This document shows positions 1-9,827 of a DNA stretch of 14,364 bases, one piece after another. How positions within the stretch are numbered: position 1 is the stretch's first letter; each line of letters begins with the position of its first letter. Both the position numbers and the translations under genes were made by a program. The notes under the pieces were generated by a model, which saw only the letters and a list, made by a program, of their open reading frames with translations, was not told the origin of the DNA and searched no databases. Source of the stretch: Chlorokybus atmophyticus. Lineage: Eukaryota > Plantae > Mesostigma and Chlorokybus algae. The stretch covers positions 2,687 to 17,050 of the forward strand of contig RHPI01003785.1 in assembly GCA_009103225.1 (NCBI GenBank). Reading direction: 5' to 3'.

Positions 1-578
1 AGCATGCTGGCCGCCACCAGGCCAGCATAACTAGGCCAGTGGCGTGGCCTGGTGCTCTTGGTATGGAGCACCAGGCCGCCCGCCAGGCCACCAGCAGCGG
101 CGGCCGAACGGCGGTCAGCTGCGGCTTAATCGCAGCTGCGGCTGACCGCGGTCAGCCGCCAGAGCACATTTAATTTACAGCAGTCTCAGCCGCAGCCGGT
201 AAAGCTGGTCCGGTTGCAACCGGCCATATAATTCAAACGCATAACAAAATTTATTAACCGGACCAGACCTGGTTCGCCGACTAGTATTTATAGATGCGCA
301 CCAGCCATGGCTGCTACTACTTTGTATCAAGACTCGGACCATTGATGGTCCTTACACATGACCATAACCGGTCCGACTTCCAACATTTTCTGACCGGGAC
401 CAGCCCTGGCCCGGTTTTCGGGGGGACCGTGGGACAATTACGTACTGTTTGGACCTGCCCAGGTCCCCGCGTGCAGACCAAGGCGGGGGACCCTGGTCCG
501 GACCCCAAGCCGCCCGGGCAATTTGGCCCTGGTCCGTACGTGAGGACCAGGACTGGTCCGCGGAAAAAATTCCGTGTG
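1..578. mobile_element. Probable subterminal region of a DNA transposon (CACTA/EnSpm-like); possible terminus ...TTCCGTGTG|TA at 578
   Basis: A dense palindrome array ends in a sequence whose reverse complement reads TA-CACACGGAATTTTTT, a CAC-type terminus. The partner end is not in the window. Confidence 0.4.
205..559. repeat. Array of 16-bp palindromic motifs GGACCAG-NN-CTGGTCC
   Basis: Copies at 260-275, 336-351, 397-412, 451-466 and 544-559, plus CTGGTCC half-sites near 205, 493 and 529. Confidence 0.85.
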
Positions 579-1052
579 TAGGGGGTCAAGATCTTGAACC
601 TCTCTTAGCTGCCTGCCATTTGTCTAAACGCAATTGTTATGCTTGCAGCAATCAGGATTGTTTTTGCGCAAAGTACCGTGAGCTTTTTGCCAAGCTGTAT
701 TTGCTCTTCTCCAGAGCTCAGATACATGACCTGTTTATGAGAGAGTTGATAGCAGCGAGACCTAAGGTGCAAACGCAAGAGTCAGAAGACGATGTTGAGA
801 AAAAGCCAAAAATGGCGGGCAATGTGAAAGGGAAAGGCCAGCCCACAAATGTCAAACAACTTGAAAATTTGGATCTTTCCGTCGCCTTCCGGGATGATTT
901 TGAAAAACTCACGGGCTCCAAGCTGGTCTACACAGCCGCCGAAATTAAAGACGCTGTGGAATTTACGCAGTAAGCAGTGTTAAGGATACTGTGGCTGGTC
1001 TATTGATAGTGCGTTTATGCCACGGACTATGCTGTGTTGCATGTGGACGCAA

Positions 1053-2143
1053 GATGTGGAATTAGAAGAGAAAGCGCCTGCCAGTGGTCAGGCAACGTGT
1101 CGTCCTTTGAATGGACACTGCTGAGCAGTTCCTTGATGGCTTGTCCAAGTCGGAGCAACCCCTGCCGTCATTCGACACTGTGTTCGTGGATATTGAGTTT
1201 GTCAAGCATCGCATCAGCGTTGAGGATTTTGGCATCACCAACGAGTGCTTCAAAGACTTGAAGGATATCTTGGTCGGCCACAACAAGCCGTTGCCTTTGT
1301 GGAATATGGTGGTCCTCGTGGACGACGACCATCTTAGCAGCGTGGTGCACATTTTTAGATATGATGCCTTTGCTGTAGAGACATCCACTTACCACCACGC
1401 CAGCAACATTAAGTCGTTGTCTTCCAGGATATGCAAGGTCCATTCACCTGATGTAGCAACTGAGGCTACTGTGTTGTCTTCCGCAGAGCAATTGGCTTTT
1501 TCCACGTACCTTGCATCTCGGGCCAGCAGCAATTATGTGGTAGTTGCCTGCTTTAAAGACGAAGACAATAATGTTGGTTTGCACCACGCAAACCTTGAGC
1601 ATTTCTATCAGAGCGTGTGGACTCAAATGAGCGGTGTCGATAGCCGGCACATTTACGCTTTGCCACGCATATTCAGCCTTCCCAGCCATCACGACAATTA
1701 ACCTACTATTCCGCAGCTGAGAGAACACCTTGCCTCTCATCCAAATCTCATGAGCACGGTTGATGCCAGTATGGAGCTGATCAAGGTTGATGAGGATTGG
1801 GATCCGCTAGAGATTCTGCTCGACGCCAGGGCAGTAGCTGACAGCAAAAAAGCTTTGCTCAGTGACATAATGCGGAGTTACTGGACCGCTTGGATGGCGA
1901 ACTTTGGAAGTAAGATGGTCAACCAAGCTTAGCGATTCTTGCGTAGGCTTGCTCTTAACTTTTTGCCTTATCGCAAGGCTATTGGGGAGATGTTCTTCTT
2001 GGACCTTGGTGTTGGTGCTGCGGGCTTTGCAACATATGCCCTAAAGCGAGGGTACAGCGGATTCCTTACAGACCCTGATCCCACCTGCATCCACGCTTTT
2101 GAGTGTGTACTGCGACAAGTTTAGCAAAGCCTACAAGGAGCTG
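1053..2143 (+). other. Methyltransferase-like domain (N6_N4_Mtase-like, beta motif order)
   Basis: Translation RQRVVL*MDTAEQFLDGLSKSEQPLPSFDTVFVDIEF (DIEF at 1189-1200) parallels the family pattern gD..e.L..l...SvDliftDPPY. C-terminal NQA*RFLRRLALNF...FFLDLGVGAAGFATYALKRGYSGFLTDPDPTCIHAF (1996-2100) parallels vLDpF.GsGtt..aA...gR..ig.e.dp. Manual comparison only. Confidence 0.6.
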
Positions 2144-3047
2144 GTAAGCAGAGTGTGCACTTTGAGTTGGACCTCTCATACCTCAGTTCCCTGGCTGACC
2201 ACTTTGCTTGCGTAGGAGAAGCACAACTATGGACTGGATGGCGAGTACAGGGCACTTACAGGAGAACCCGCAGCGACGCCTGTGCCGCTTCCGCGAGTCA
2301 AGACGCATGTGGCCATCGCGAAGGAGATTGTGCGTGAAACGTTCACAGGGTTCAACCACAACTCCATTCAGCACCTTGCGATGCTGGGTCAGTGGCTGAC
2401 CAAGGACAATCTTGCGCAAGAAGCTGGGGGTGACGACAAGTTTAAAAAAGTAAAGCAGTGGGTGTCTAAATCAGTGGCCAATGCTGTGACAAGTAAGCGC
2501 CTTGTGTTGTGACATGTGTGAGCATTGCCGAGGATTATTTATGGGAGGTATCATAATTTGCATGTCTGTTTACAGTGAATGGCTATGTTGAGGCGCTGGA
2601 AGAAATGGCAGGCGATCAGAAGCGGCAGGAGCTGCACGACGAGCTGCAGAAGGCAGATCCCCCAGCTGACGCTGCATCTATGGACTTGGATGCTGAAGCT
2701 GCTGTAGAGCCTCCTGTTGATGAGCACAAAGATGAAGGCGACAGCAACAAGCAAGAGAGTTCAGATGCAGAGTAGGACGATAATGCTGCTGCAGAGGCCA
2801 AGTAAGCTGAAGAGGCTTTGCGGTATAAGCTGGCGGATTTGATGGATAGGTTCTTGGACCTCAACTATCTGAGCGGCGATGAAGGCGAGCCCTCGCCCAA
2901 CGAAACGAAGCCCATCAGCAGCAGCGACAACGTTGTGAACCTGACAGCCAACAGCCCCAAGGAGGCTAATGTTCTTGATGAAAAAACAATGAGAAAAAGA
3001 ACGAGTCAGATGTGGCCTCAGGGAGCCGCTCACAGTTTGTAAAAGGA

Positions 3048-3200
3048 TGTTCTGTCCTTGACTGTGATATCACTGTTGACTTTGACAGCGTGTACCCCAC
3101 TAAGTGCGGCACAACTGGGTGTGCAAAGCAGTTGCACGACTTGTGCATTACACGCTTCACAGGAAAGGAAGAGGTCCAGCAGACCCTATGCACTGACCAC
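3048..3200 (+). other. PHD-like zinc finger (C4HC2H)
   Basis: CSVLDC-x13-CGTTGC-AKQL-HDLC-x14-CTDH. Ligand spacing matches the PHD C4HC3 pattern, with the last ligand His. Confidence 0.6.
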
Positions 3201-3874
3201 CACCTCGACGTGTCTGTTGAGTGTAAGCAGGCAATGGCAGACCAAGGCAAGACAACCTAGGCACGCAACATCTGAGGCTGCAGTGTCTGTCAAGATGTTG
3301 AAGGCTGCAAGCAGTGCTGGCCTCAGGATTCACAGCAGGAGTCTCAGGTGCCGAGCCTTCCAGACTTGGATGAGGTTGGGTCTGCAAGCCAACTCTCCAC
3401 CCCAAGTGCAAGCCAAGTCTCCGGCAATTCCACGCCACTTTGAAGGCTCATGTTAAGAGAGTTCTACTACCTTGCTGCTGTCAGCATGTTCAGTAACTGT
3501 TGCTCCCAGAGATAATCTTGTACAGTAGGACATATAGTTGGCTTGTTTGTGACGTTGTATATGCTGTATTGGTTGCCCTTGTGTTCATAGAACTCACTCA
3601 TATGTAAAAAGATCTTAAGAGGTGTTGGGGCGTGCTTTTTATGCATGACAAGCACAATGCCATAGCTTATCAAGTTTAAGATGCTCTGAGATTGCCTTAA
3701 ACTAGTTGAGAAATAACATGCTCAGACGTGTTGCTTAAGTCATTGATAGCGTATCATATCGTGCATAAACGCAAACTCTGCCTCAACTGCAAGTAGCTTG
3801 CACATAGTGTCAACTGATATAGTATATCTTGAAATTGACAGATTGCTGTTGATTACATGGAAAGTTATGATAGC

Positions 3875-4825
3875 GTTGCACCAAAAGTGTCCCCCCGGAT
3901 CTTGCTACACGCCTAAAGTACCTGTTATCTACGGTCAGTCTTTGCCCCTTGACGATCACCAGTGGAGGGACAGTCAAGCCACCACCAGTAACAGCACACA
4001 TCAATGTGATATGTTCTCTCTCCCAGTAGTTGATTGAGCCCACTTTGCACCACTGAATTACACGGGTGCATACGTTGCCAACTCTTTCGCATTACATCAT
4101 ACATGCATGCACGATGTGCAACATAGCAACACTGCATGCTCACCTCTCCACAACGACTCTTGTATTTTGCACAGCTGTGTCTGGTTCGACGCCCACCTCA
4201 TCGGCCCTCCTATCAGGCCCGACCCCCAGCTTGGCAATAGTCTCTGCAAGCAGCTGGAAATAGTGGTAGACAACATCCTTGCGCAAGGAAACCCTCCTGA
4301 AATTGTCAAGGGCTTTCGCTTTCCTGCTCACCAAGCGCTTCCTCTTCTGGAAGAGCCTGATCCACTTGTAACCAGGTACTCCGTGCTTCAGCTGGTCTGC
4401 TCTTGGATAACCCACAAGTCTTTTGCCTGCTTCCACACATATTTCGGTCCAAGTCACTGCGGCCCTATTTGTTGCGTTGTATCACCCAATAGACCAGGTC
4501 ATGCTCCTCCTCTTCTGTGAGGATGGTAGGAGCACCAGTCCCCCTGTATGGCATGCATATGTTGGCAACTAACATTTGGTCAATGCTACATGCTGTGACG
4601 GCAGTATACTTACGTATACTCGGAGAGGTCAGGCTGGGCCAGGAAGCGCCTCGTGGTGGTGTTCGGGATGCCCAACTCCTTGACTGCATCACTCACAAAC
4701 ATGCAGCCCTTTTTGATGGAAGACACAGCCCTCTGTATGTCTTCCAGTTTGTCTTCGTACGTGGTATATATATAGCTTCGCTTGCCCTTCCTAAAAACTA
4801 GGGTCTTGGCCTTCACACGCTTGCC
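3875..4825 (-). pseudogene. Transposase A fragment: HTH_psq, HTH_Tnp_Tc5 (CENP-B), start of DDE_1
   Basis: EDIQRAVSSIKKGCMFVSDAVKELGIPNTTTRRFL (psq); GAPTILTEEEEHDLVYWV...PGYKWIRLFQKRKRL (Tc5); ADEVG (first catalytic Asp); EHITLMCAVTGGGLTVPPLVIVKG. There is an intron at 4544-4613 and another starting GTGAGC near 4143, with frameshifts near 4465 and 4020. Confidence 0.88.
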
Positions 4826-5663
4826 CTGCAAGCATGGAGCATCAGCATGGGGATGCAAGGCTAGCTATGATAACATACTGCATAGCAGCGTGATGACAGG
4901 GTGGTCTGAGTGGCGAAGGCCATGATGATGACCAGCATGCTCAAGCATGCATAACACCCACCCTGCCTGAGCTGCGTTGCACCATAGGTAGCTAGGTGTA
5001 GAGGTGTAGAAGTGTAGGTGTTGACGTCTTCAAAGACTTGGCAATGACAGCGTTTCCCCGCTGCAATTATTGGGACCTCACCCTTGCTTGCTCTCACTAT
5101 GCCTCTCTATCATACCTTAGCATGTGCCTCACCACATCACTTGGCTAGTGAGTGTTTGTGGCACAGCAGAGTGCTATATAACAACCTCCACATCAACCCA
5201 CCAGCTTTGGGTGCATACAACAGCTGCAATCACAACTTGGCTTTCGGGGGGGGGGGGGGGGGNTTCTGGGGGGGGGAAAGCGTTACGCATTACCCCCAAA
5301 ACATGAACCACATAACTTTTGCAATTCCGCCTTTAATGCCTTGAAACTTGGTAAATAACCTCTTATTAGCAATAGAAGCACACGAAAAAAACAATCACTC
5401 AAATTGACATTTATATCATTTATATCAAGTTGTGTGATTTGAAAGTTTGAGGCAGTCCAACCCCATTTGAAACACCAAAATTTCATAAATTTTAAACTGG
5501 CGCCCTATTAGGCCGTTGCGCGATGTGTCAGGCTCGAGAGGTAAGTAATGACGAGGCCTACCCTTAAATTATGGCCGGCAAAGGCCAAATGGTCCGGAAG
5601 TTACAAGCCAAAAAGGGCTAATCCCCAAGTTAGGACGCGTTCCCAAGTTAGGTGAGTTTACCC
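3875..5663 (-). mobile_element. pogo/Fot-like DNA transposon A, truncated (one TIR only)
   Basis: The terminus CCCAAGTTAGGTGAGTTTACCC|TA at 5642-5665 has the same architecture as the element B terminus. Transposase remnants lie inside. No matching left TIR is present, and similarity to the B transposase stops near 3875. Confidence 0.8.
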
Positions 5664-5727
5664 TAGATCGTTGTCAACCGAAAAATCGCCGCTCTATCGT
5701 CCTTGGGAGTCGAGCACGTGACCCCTA
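5664..5727 (-). mobile_element. Internal fragment of the host retroelement between elements A and B
   Basis: It becomes contiguous with 11074-11100 once element B and one TA are removed. Confidence 0.6.
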
Positions 5728-6041
5728 GGGTAAGTGTCCCTAATTTCGGCTAAATAAGGCAGCAGGCTTGTAAACTACTTTTTTTATTGGTTTTTTAGCG
5801 GTCATGCATAAGGCAATGTTGTTGTACGGGATGTAAGCTACACGCCCATCATTATTTCTTATTATTCTGACACATATAGCGTCAGGTATGAGGCTGCAAA
5901 GTAGGGTGTGTGTTAGGGGTTGTCAAAGATGGCACCCTAATTTTGGCCGGTGCCAACCATTGCCCAAATCTGTGGTTGACGTCTGTGTGGGTGAGGGTTA
6001 GCATAGTTGGCAGCGGCAGGCAGCGGCGGGGGTGTGGGGTG

Positions 6042-6897
6042 NNNNNNNNNNNNNNNNNNNNNNNNNNNNNNNNNNNNNNNNNNNNNNNNNNNNNNNNNNN
6101 NNNNNNNNNNNNNNNNNNNNNNNNNNNNNNNNNNNNNNNNNNNNNNNNNNNNNNNNNNNNNNNNNNNNNNNNNNNNNNNNNNNNNNNNNNNNNNNNNNNN
6201 NNNNNNNNNNNNNNNNNNNNNNNNNNNNNNNNNNNNNNNNNNNNNNNNNNNNNNNNNNNNNNNNNNNNNNNNNNNNNNNNNNNNNNNNNNNNNNNNNNNN
6301 NNNNNNNNNNNNNNNNNNNNNNNNNNNNNNNNNNNNNNNNNNNNNNNNNNNNNNNNNNNNNNNNNNNNNNNNNNNNNNNNNNNNNNNNNNNNNNNNNNNN
6401 NNNNNNNNNNNNNNNNNNNNNNNNNNNNNNNNNNNNNNNNNNNNNNNNNNNNNNNNNNNNNNNNNNNNNNNNNNNNNNNNNNNNNNNNNNNNNNNNNNNN
6501 NNNNNNNNNNNNNNNNNNNNNNNNNNNNNNNNNNNNNNNNNNNNNNNNNNNNNNNNNNNNNNNNNNNNNNNNNNNNNNNNNNNNNNNNNNNNNNNNNNNN
6601 NNNNNNNNNNNNNNNNNNNNNNNNNNNNNNNNNNNNNNNNNNNNNNNNNNNNNNNNNNNNNNNNNNNNNNNNNNNNNNNNNNNNNNNNNNNNNNNNNNNN
6701 NNNNNNNNNNNNNNNNNNNNNNNNNNNNNNNNNNNNNNNNNNNNNNNNNNNNNNNNNNNNNNNNNNNNNNNNNNNNNNNNNNNNNNNNNNNNNNNNNNNN
6801 NNNNNNNNNNNNNNNNNNNNNNNNNNNNNNNNNNNNNNNNNNNNNNNNNNNNNNNNNNNNNNNNNNNNNNNNNNNNNNNNNNNNNNNNNNNNNNNNG
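6042..6897. other. Assembly gap (856 N) inside element B
   Basis: Run of N flanked by G-rich sequence on both sides. Confidence 0.99.
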
Positions 6898-7735
6898 GGG
6901 GGGGAAGAGCTTCTTGCTGTGTCTCTGGTCTATCTCTGGCTGCACCTGCAGGTGTATCTTCTGCAGGAGTAGCAGCTACTGGTGCATTAGCTGCGGCCCC
7001 CTCGTCCTCAATGGCATCAAGCAGGGTGTCAAGTGCTCCGCGCCTTGGCTTTGAAGGCAGGTACTTGTCAACTGCGCTATCATTCCAAGGAGAGATGCCT
7101 GCATGGTGCATGCACATGTCGAGACTTGCATGCATGCACGTGCACATAGACTTGCATGCACGCACGTGTTAGTATGATGCATGCTGCTGTGTGCTCACCG
7201 CATGCTCTAAAACCCGAGATGATGTTGTTGTTGCTGAGCCCAGCGTGTATGCTTGGCACCAGCATCTTCAGAAAGTCTTCGTTGGGTAAGCCCTTCACAG
7301 TTGGGTGGAGCTGACGCCACGCTCTATACTCTTGCTTGTATCTTGCTTTCATGCTGCTGAAACAGGCCACGTCGAGAACTTGCAGTCTGTGTGTTGTGTG
7401 CAATGGCAAGACCAGCACCTCCAAGCCAAGGGACTTGCACTTGTGTATGGTCTTAAAATGGTATCTGCTAACATGCCCATCACATACGAGCAGCGCAGGG
7501 TTATCAACACTAAGACCTCCGGGCATGTGGCGAGCCAAGTGATCTATCCAAGTTGCAAAGTGCTCAGTTGTCATCCAGGTGTTCTCCTGCACTGCCAAAG
7601 AGCCACCAGGTATGGGCCATGCAGCACTGCACTCAGGGTACACATGAGCACCGGCTAGAATAGCAGTGCATGGGATGGCACAACCAGCTCCAGTAACGGC
7701 TGTCATGACGGTGATGTGTTGTCTACCACCTGCTG

Positions 7736-8964
7736 TGTTACGGCCTAGCTACTATAGCTGGTCATGTACAGTGTATATATAAGTTCAATTAGCGAGAGAC
7801 AAAAGTTTAATAAACCTTGGTTGGATTATCTTGGTTTGTTATACAAGCTTTAAATGCGTGTGTTTGTGTTTTGACACGAGTGCAATGCATCGCTAATTAT
7901 AGGCCTTGCTAGTTAGAGCATTTAAATGCATCTAATTAGAAGTGGTTGACTAGGAATTACCCTATTCATGTATGTATGGGCGTCTTGAGTAGGAAGATAA
8001 AAGCACATGGCTTTAATATAATGATTTATTAACGCGATGTGGGCTTATGGGGTCAATTGCATGAAACATCATAGGAAAAAGCATGTGTAATTATAAGGTT
8101 CATTTAGGCCAGTCCAAGGCGGCTTATTTGGATCAGTTGACTAGAGCGAAGTAGCCTACCTAGGGTGAACAAAAAGGACTTCGCGAAATAAGTTTGCGAA
8201 GGGGTTGATTCACCTGAGAAGTGAATCAACATAGTGAATTAAATTGGTTCACTGGTTCAGTTACGAACATAAACTAAAGTAGTTCACTAGGGGTTCGTAA
8301 GTGAACCAAGTGAATCACCCTAATATGAGGGGACTAATAGAAGAGAGAGCCAAAAGTGAATTTTTGGGGAACTAAGTTAGTTCACTAGTAGAGTGATTCA
8401 CAATGCCGATAAGGTAGTGAACTAAGGTTGATTCACTAGTGAATCAACTATTAGATCACTTCGCGACGCAACGTCGCGATAGAAAATCGGCTAAGGCATT
8501 GGCCCCCTCCCGCGTGTGCCAATACGCAGCGCTATGGCAGCGCCGCCTACCATGGCCGCAGGCACAAAAATCGCGGATTCATATTGTTGGTCAATTTGCA
8601 GAATGCTAGTGAACTAATGCCGGGTGAACCAAACTAATCATTTGGTTGAGTGAATGGGGATCTGGTAGAGGGCTTTGGACCAAGTAGGTCTTAGCCAAGA
8701 TAGTTCCTAGTAAAGCTCAAGGCGATAAAGTTCGCTAAAACAAAAGAGCCAGTCGCGGGTGGAGGGTAGCCGCCGCGCGACTTGGGCTCTGGGCTTTTGG
8801 GGCTAAGGTAGGGGTACCTAAGCTAGGTGACCATAACCCTTAAGTTACCAAGTAGTTGTTCATTCAACGAAAGGTGATTAAGGGAGTGTACAGTCACTAC
8901 ATGTAAAAGTGTGTAATCACTGTACATAGTTTTTGGTGTGATTTCCCCTCCGCGCGTTGTAACA
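7736..8964. mobile_element. Solo LTR (1229 bp) inserted in a transposase B exon
   Basis: It starts TGTTAC and ends GTAACA, with a perfect 5-bp TSD TGCTG (7731-7735 and 8965-8969). Removing it restores the frame CAA GGC ACA GCA GGT GGT AGA (QGTAGGR-QHITVM). Confidence 0.88.
8161..8660. repeat. Cluster of about 17 GTGAAY/RTTCAC motifs with hairpins inside the solo LTR
   Basis: Includes GTTGATTCAC-7nt-GTGAATCAAC (8204-8230), the perfect palindrome GTTGATTCACTAGTGAATCAAC (8427-8448) and TCGCGACG-CAA-CGTCGCGA (8461-8479). Confidence 0.8.
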
Positions 8965-9827
8965 TGCTGTGCCTTGTTAAGCCCACTTTGACCCATTGCA
9001 TATCAACACTTCGTAAGTGCACATGCTTACACATGCTTGCACACGCATGCACATGCATGTGTGCTTCTCACCTCTCGACGATCACTGTCCTGTTCTTCAT
9101 GCAGGACTCTGGCTCAATCCCCACTTCGTCACATGACACAATGCGTTCAGGACCTATCTTAAGGTGTTCCAGCACATGCTTCAGCTGCTAAAAGTAGTCC
9201 TTCACGATCCACCGCTTGAAACTCGTTCTCCTGCTAGCATCCACAGGTTCTGCTATGCGCTTGCTGAACTTGTGCCTGCCTTTAAAACTCTTGACCCATT
9301 TGCGTCCTGGAATGCCGTTGGCAAATTGGTGTCGCCTTGGGGCCTTCTGAAGTCGCTTCGTAACATACAAGGCTATGTCTTGCTCTGTCATGGCTTGTCC
9401 AATGTCGTTAGCAGTATGTCAGCACCTCAACTATCTCAGCTTCTTCCTCCTCTGTTAGCACGCAGGGCCTACCAGCTCCCCTATCAACATGCACACGCAC
9501 ATGAGCTTACTGCACGACCACCATCATGGTATGATACCCCCCCCCCTTACTTTCTAACACTTACTTGTAGTTTTGCAGACAATTAGGGGCTTTTATGTAG
9601 TCTGGCAGAGTGGAGGTAGGGAGTCCACATTCACGTGCAGCTTTAGCCAAAGACATGCAAGCTGTCTTCACCGCGTGAAGAGCTTGTTGCACCTCTGGCA
9701 ACATCTACTTGCGTTATTGCTGATGTAGGGGCCCCTCTTGTGCTTGCTCGCCCGAGCATCCTCGAGCAGATGCACACTCTTGCTGGTGACACGCCTGGCG
9801 CCAAATGGTGATGTGCGCCTCACCAGA

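Larger units (their letters stand above)
581..3443 (+). pseudogene. Decayed spliced gene: beta-class DNA amino-methyltransferase-like domain + helical/acidic region + PHD-like finger
   Basis: ORF-track pieces 1111-1701, 1750-1932 and 1939-2124 share one frame and are separated only by single stops (TAA 1699, TAG 1930). Introns: 2144-2215 (GTAAGC..CTGAC..TAG) and 2493-2575 (GTAAGC..TTACAG) join 2216-2492 and 2576 onward in frame. A further donor GTAAGC lies at 970, with a probable mutated acceptor near 1052. Frameshifts are inferred near 2105 and 2985, with further stops at 1063, 1108, 2773, 2803, 3258 and 3273. The start is uncertain (ATG at 737 or 812, or the 5' end is lost). Confidence 0.75.
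6898..9827 (-). pseudogene. Transposase B (HTH_psq, HTH_Tnp_Tc5, DDE_1; DD35D), disrupted
   Basis: EVQQALHAVKTACMSLAKAARECGLPTSTL (psq, ~9600-9690); PGRKWVKSFKGRH (Tc5); SCDEVG, VCDGH and QVLDVACF as the catalytic Asp motifs, with 35 residues between the last two; SGFRACG|ISPWN across intron 7099-7198. Stops at 9188 and 8977, frameshifts and a solo-LTR insertion disrupt it. The 3' end runs into the N gap. Confidence 0.93.

Noticed and set aside
260-285. Helitron-like 3' end (hairpin then CTAG|T)
   Set aside because: The hairpin is one copy of the 16-bp motif, which continues on both sides of the CTAG.
294-589. Pro/Gly-rich ORFs on both strands
   Set aside because: They are by-products of the GGACC/GGTCC palindrome array.
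5246-5276. G17-n-G9 run as a G-quadruplex
   Set aside because: It contains an ambiguous base, and the homopolymer lengths are unreliable at what looks like a contig join.
5882-7172. Long ORFs of 315-427 aa
   Set aside because: They are artefacts of translating 856 N; only the minus-strand 6898-7098 part is a real exon.
8161-8322. TAGGGTGA inverted pair as a hAT MITE
   Set aside because: It is 8 bp only, has no 8-bp TSD, and is made of the local GTGAA motif.
7764-8927. ATGTACAGTG / CACTGTACAT as Tc1-like ends
   Set aside because: The match is only 10 bp with no inward extension; the TG..CA ends with TGCTG TSD explain the region better and restore the frame.
9164-9586. Plus-strand ORFs opposite the transposases (also 4107-4520, 7305-7658, 13541-14059)
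   Set aside because: They are antisense shadows of recognisable minus-strand exons with no motifs of their own.
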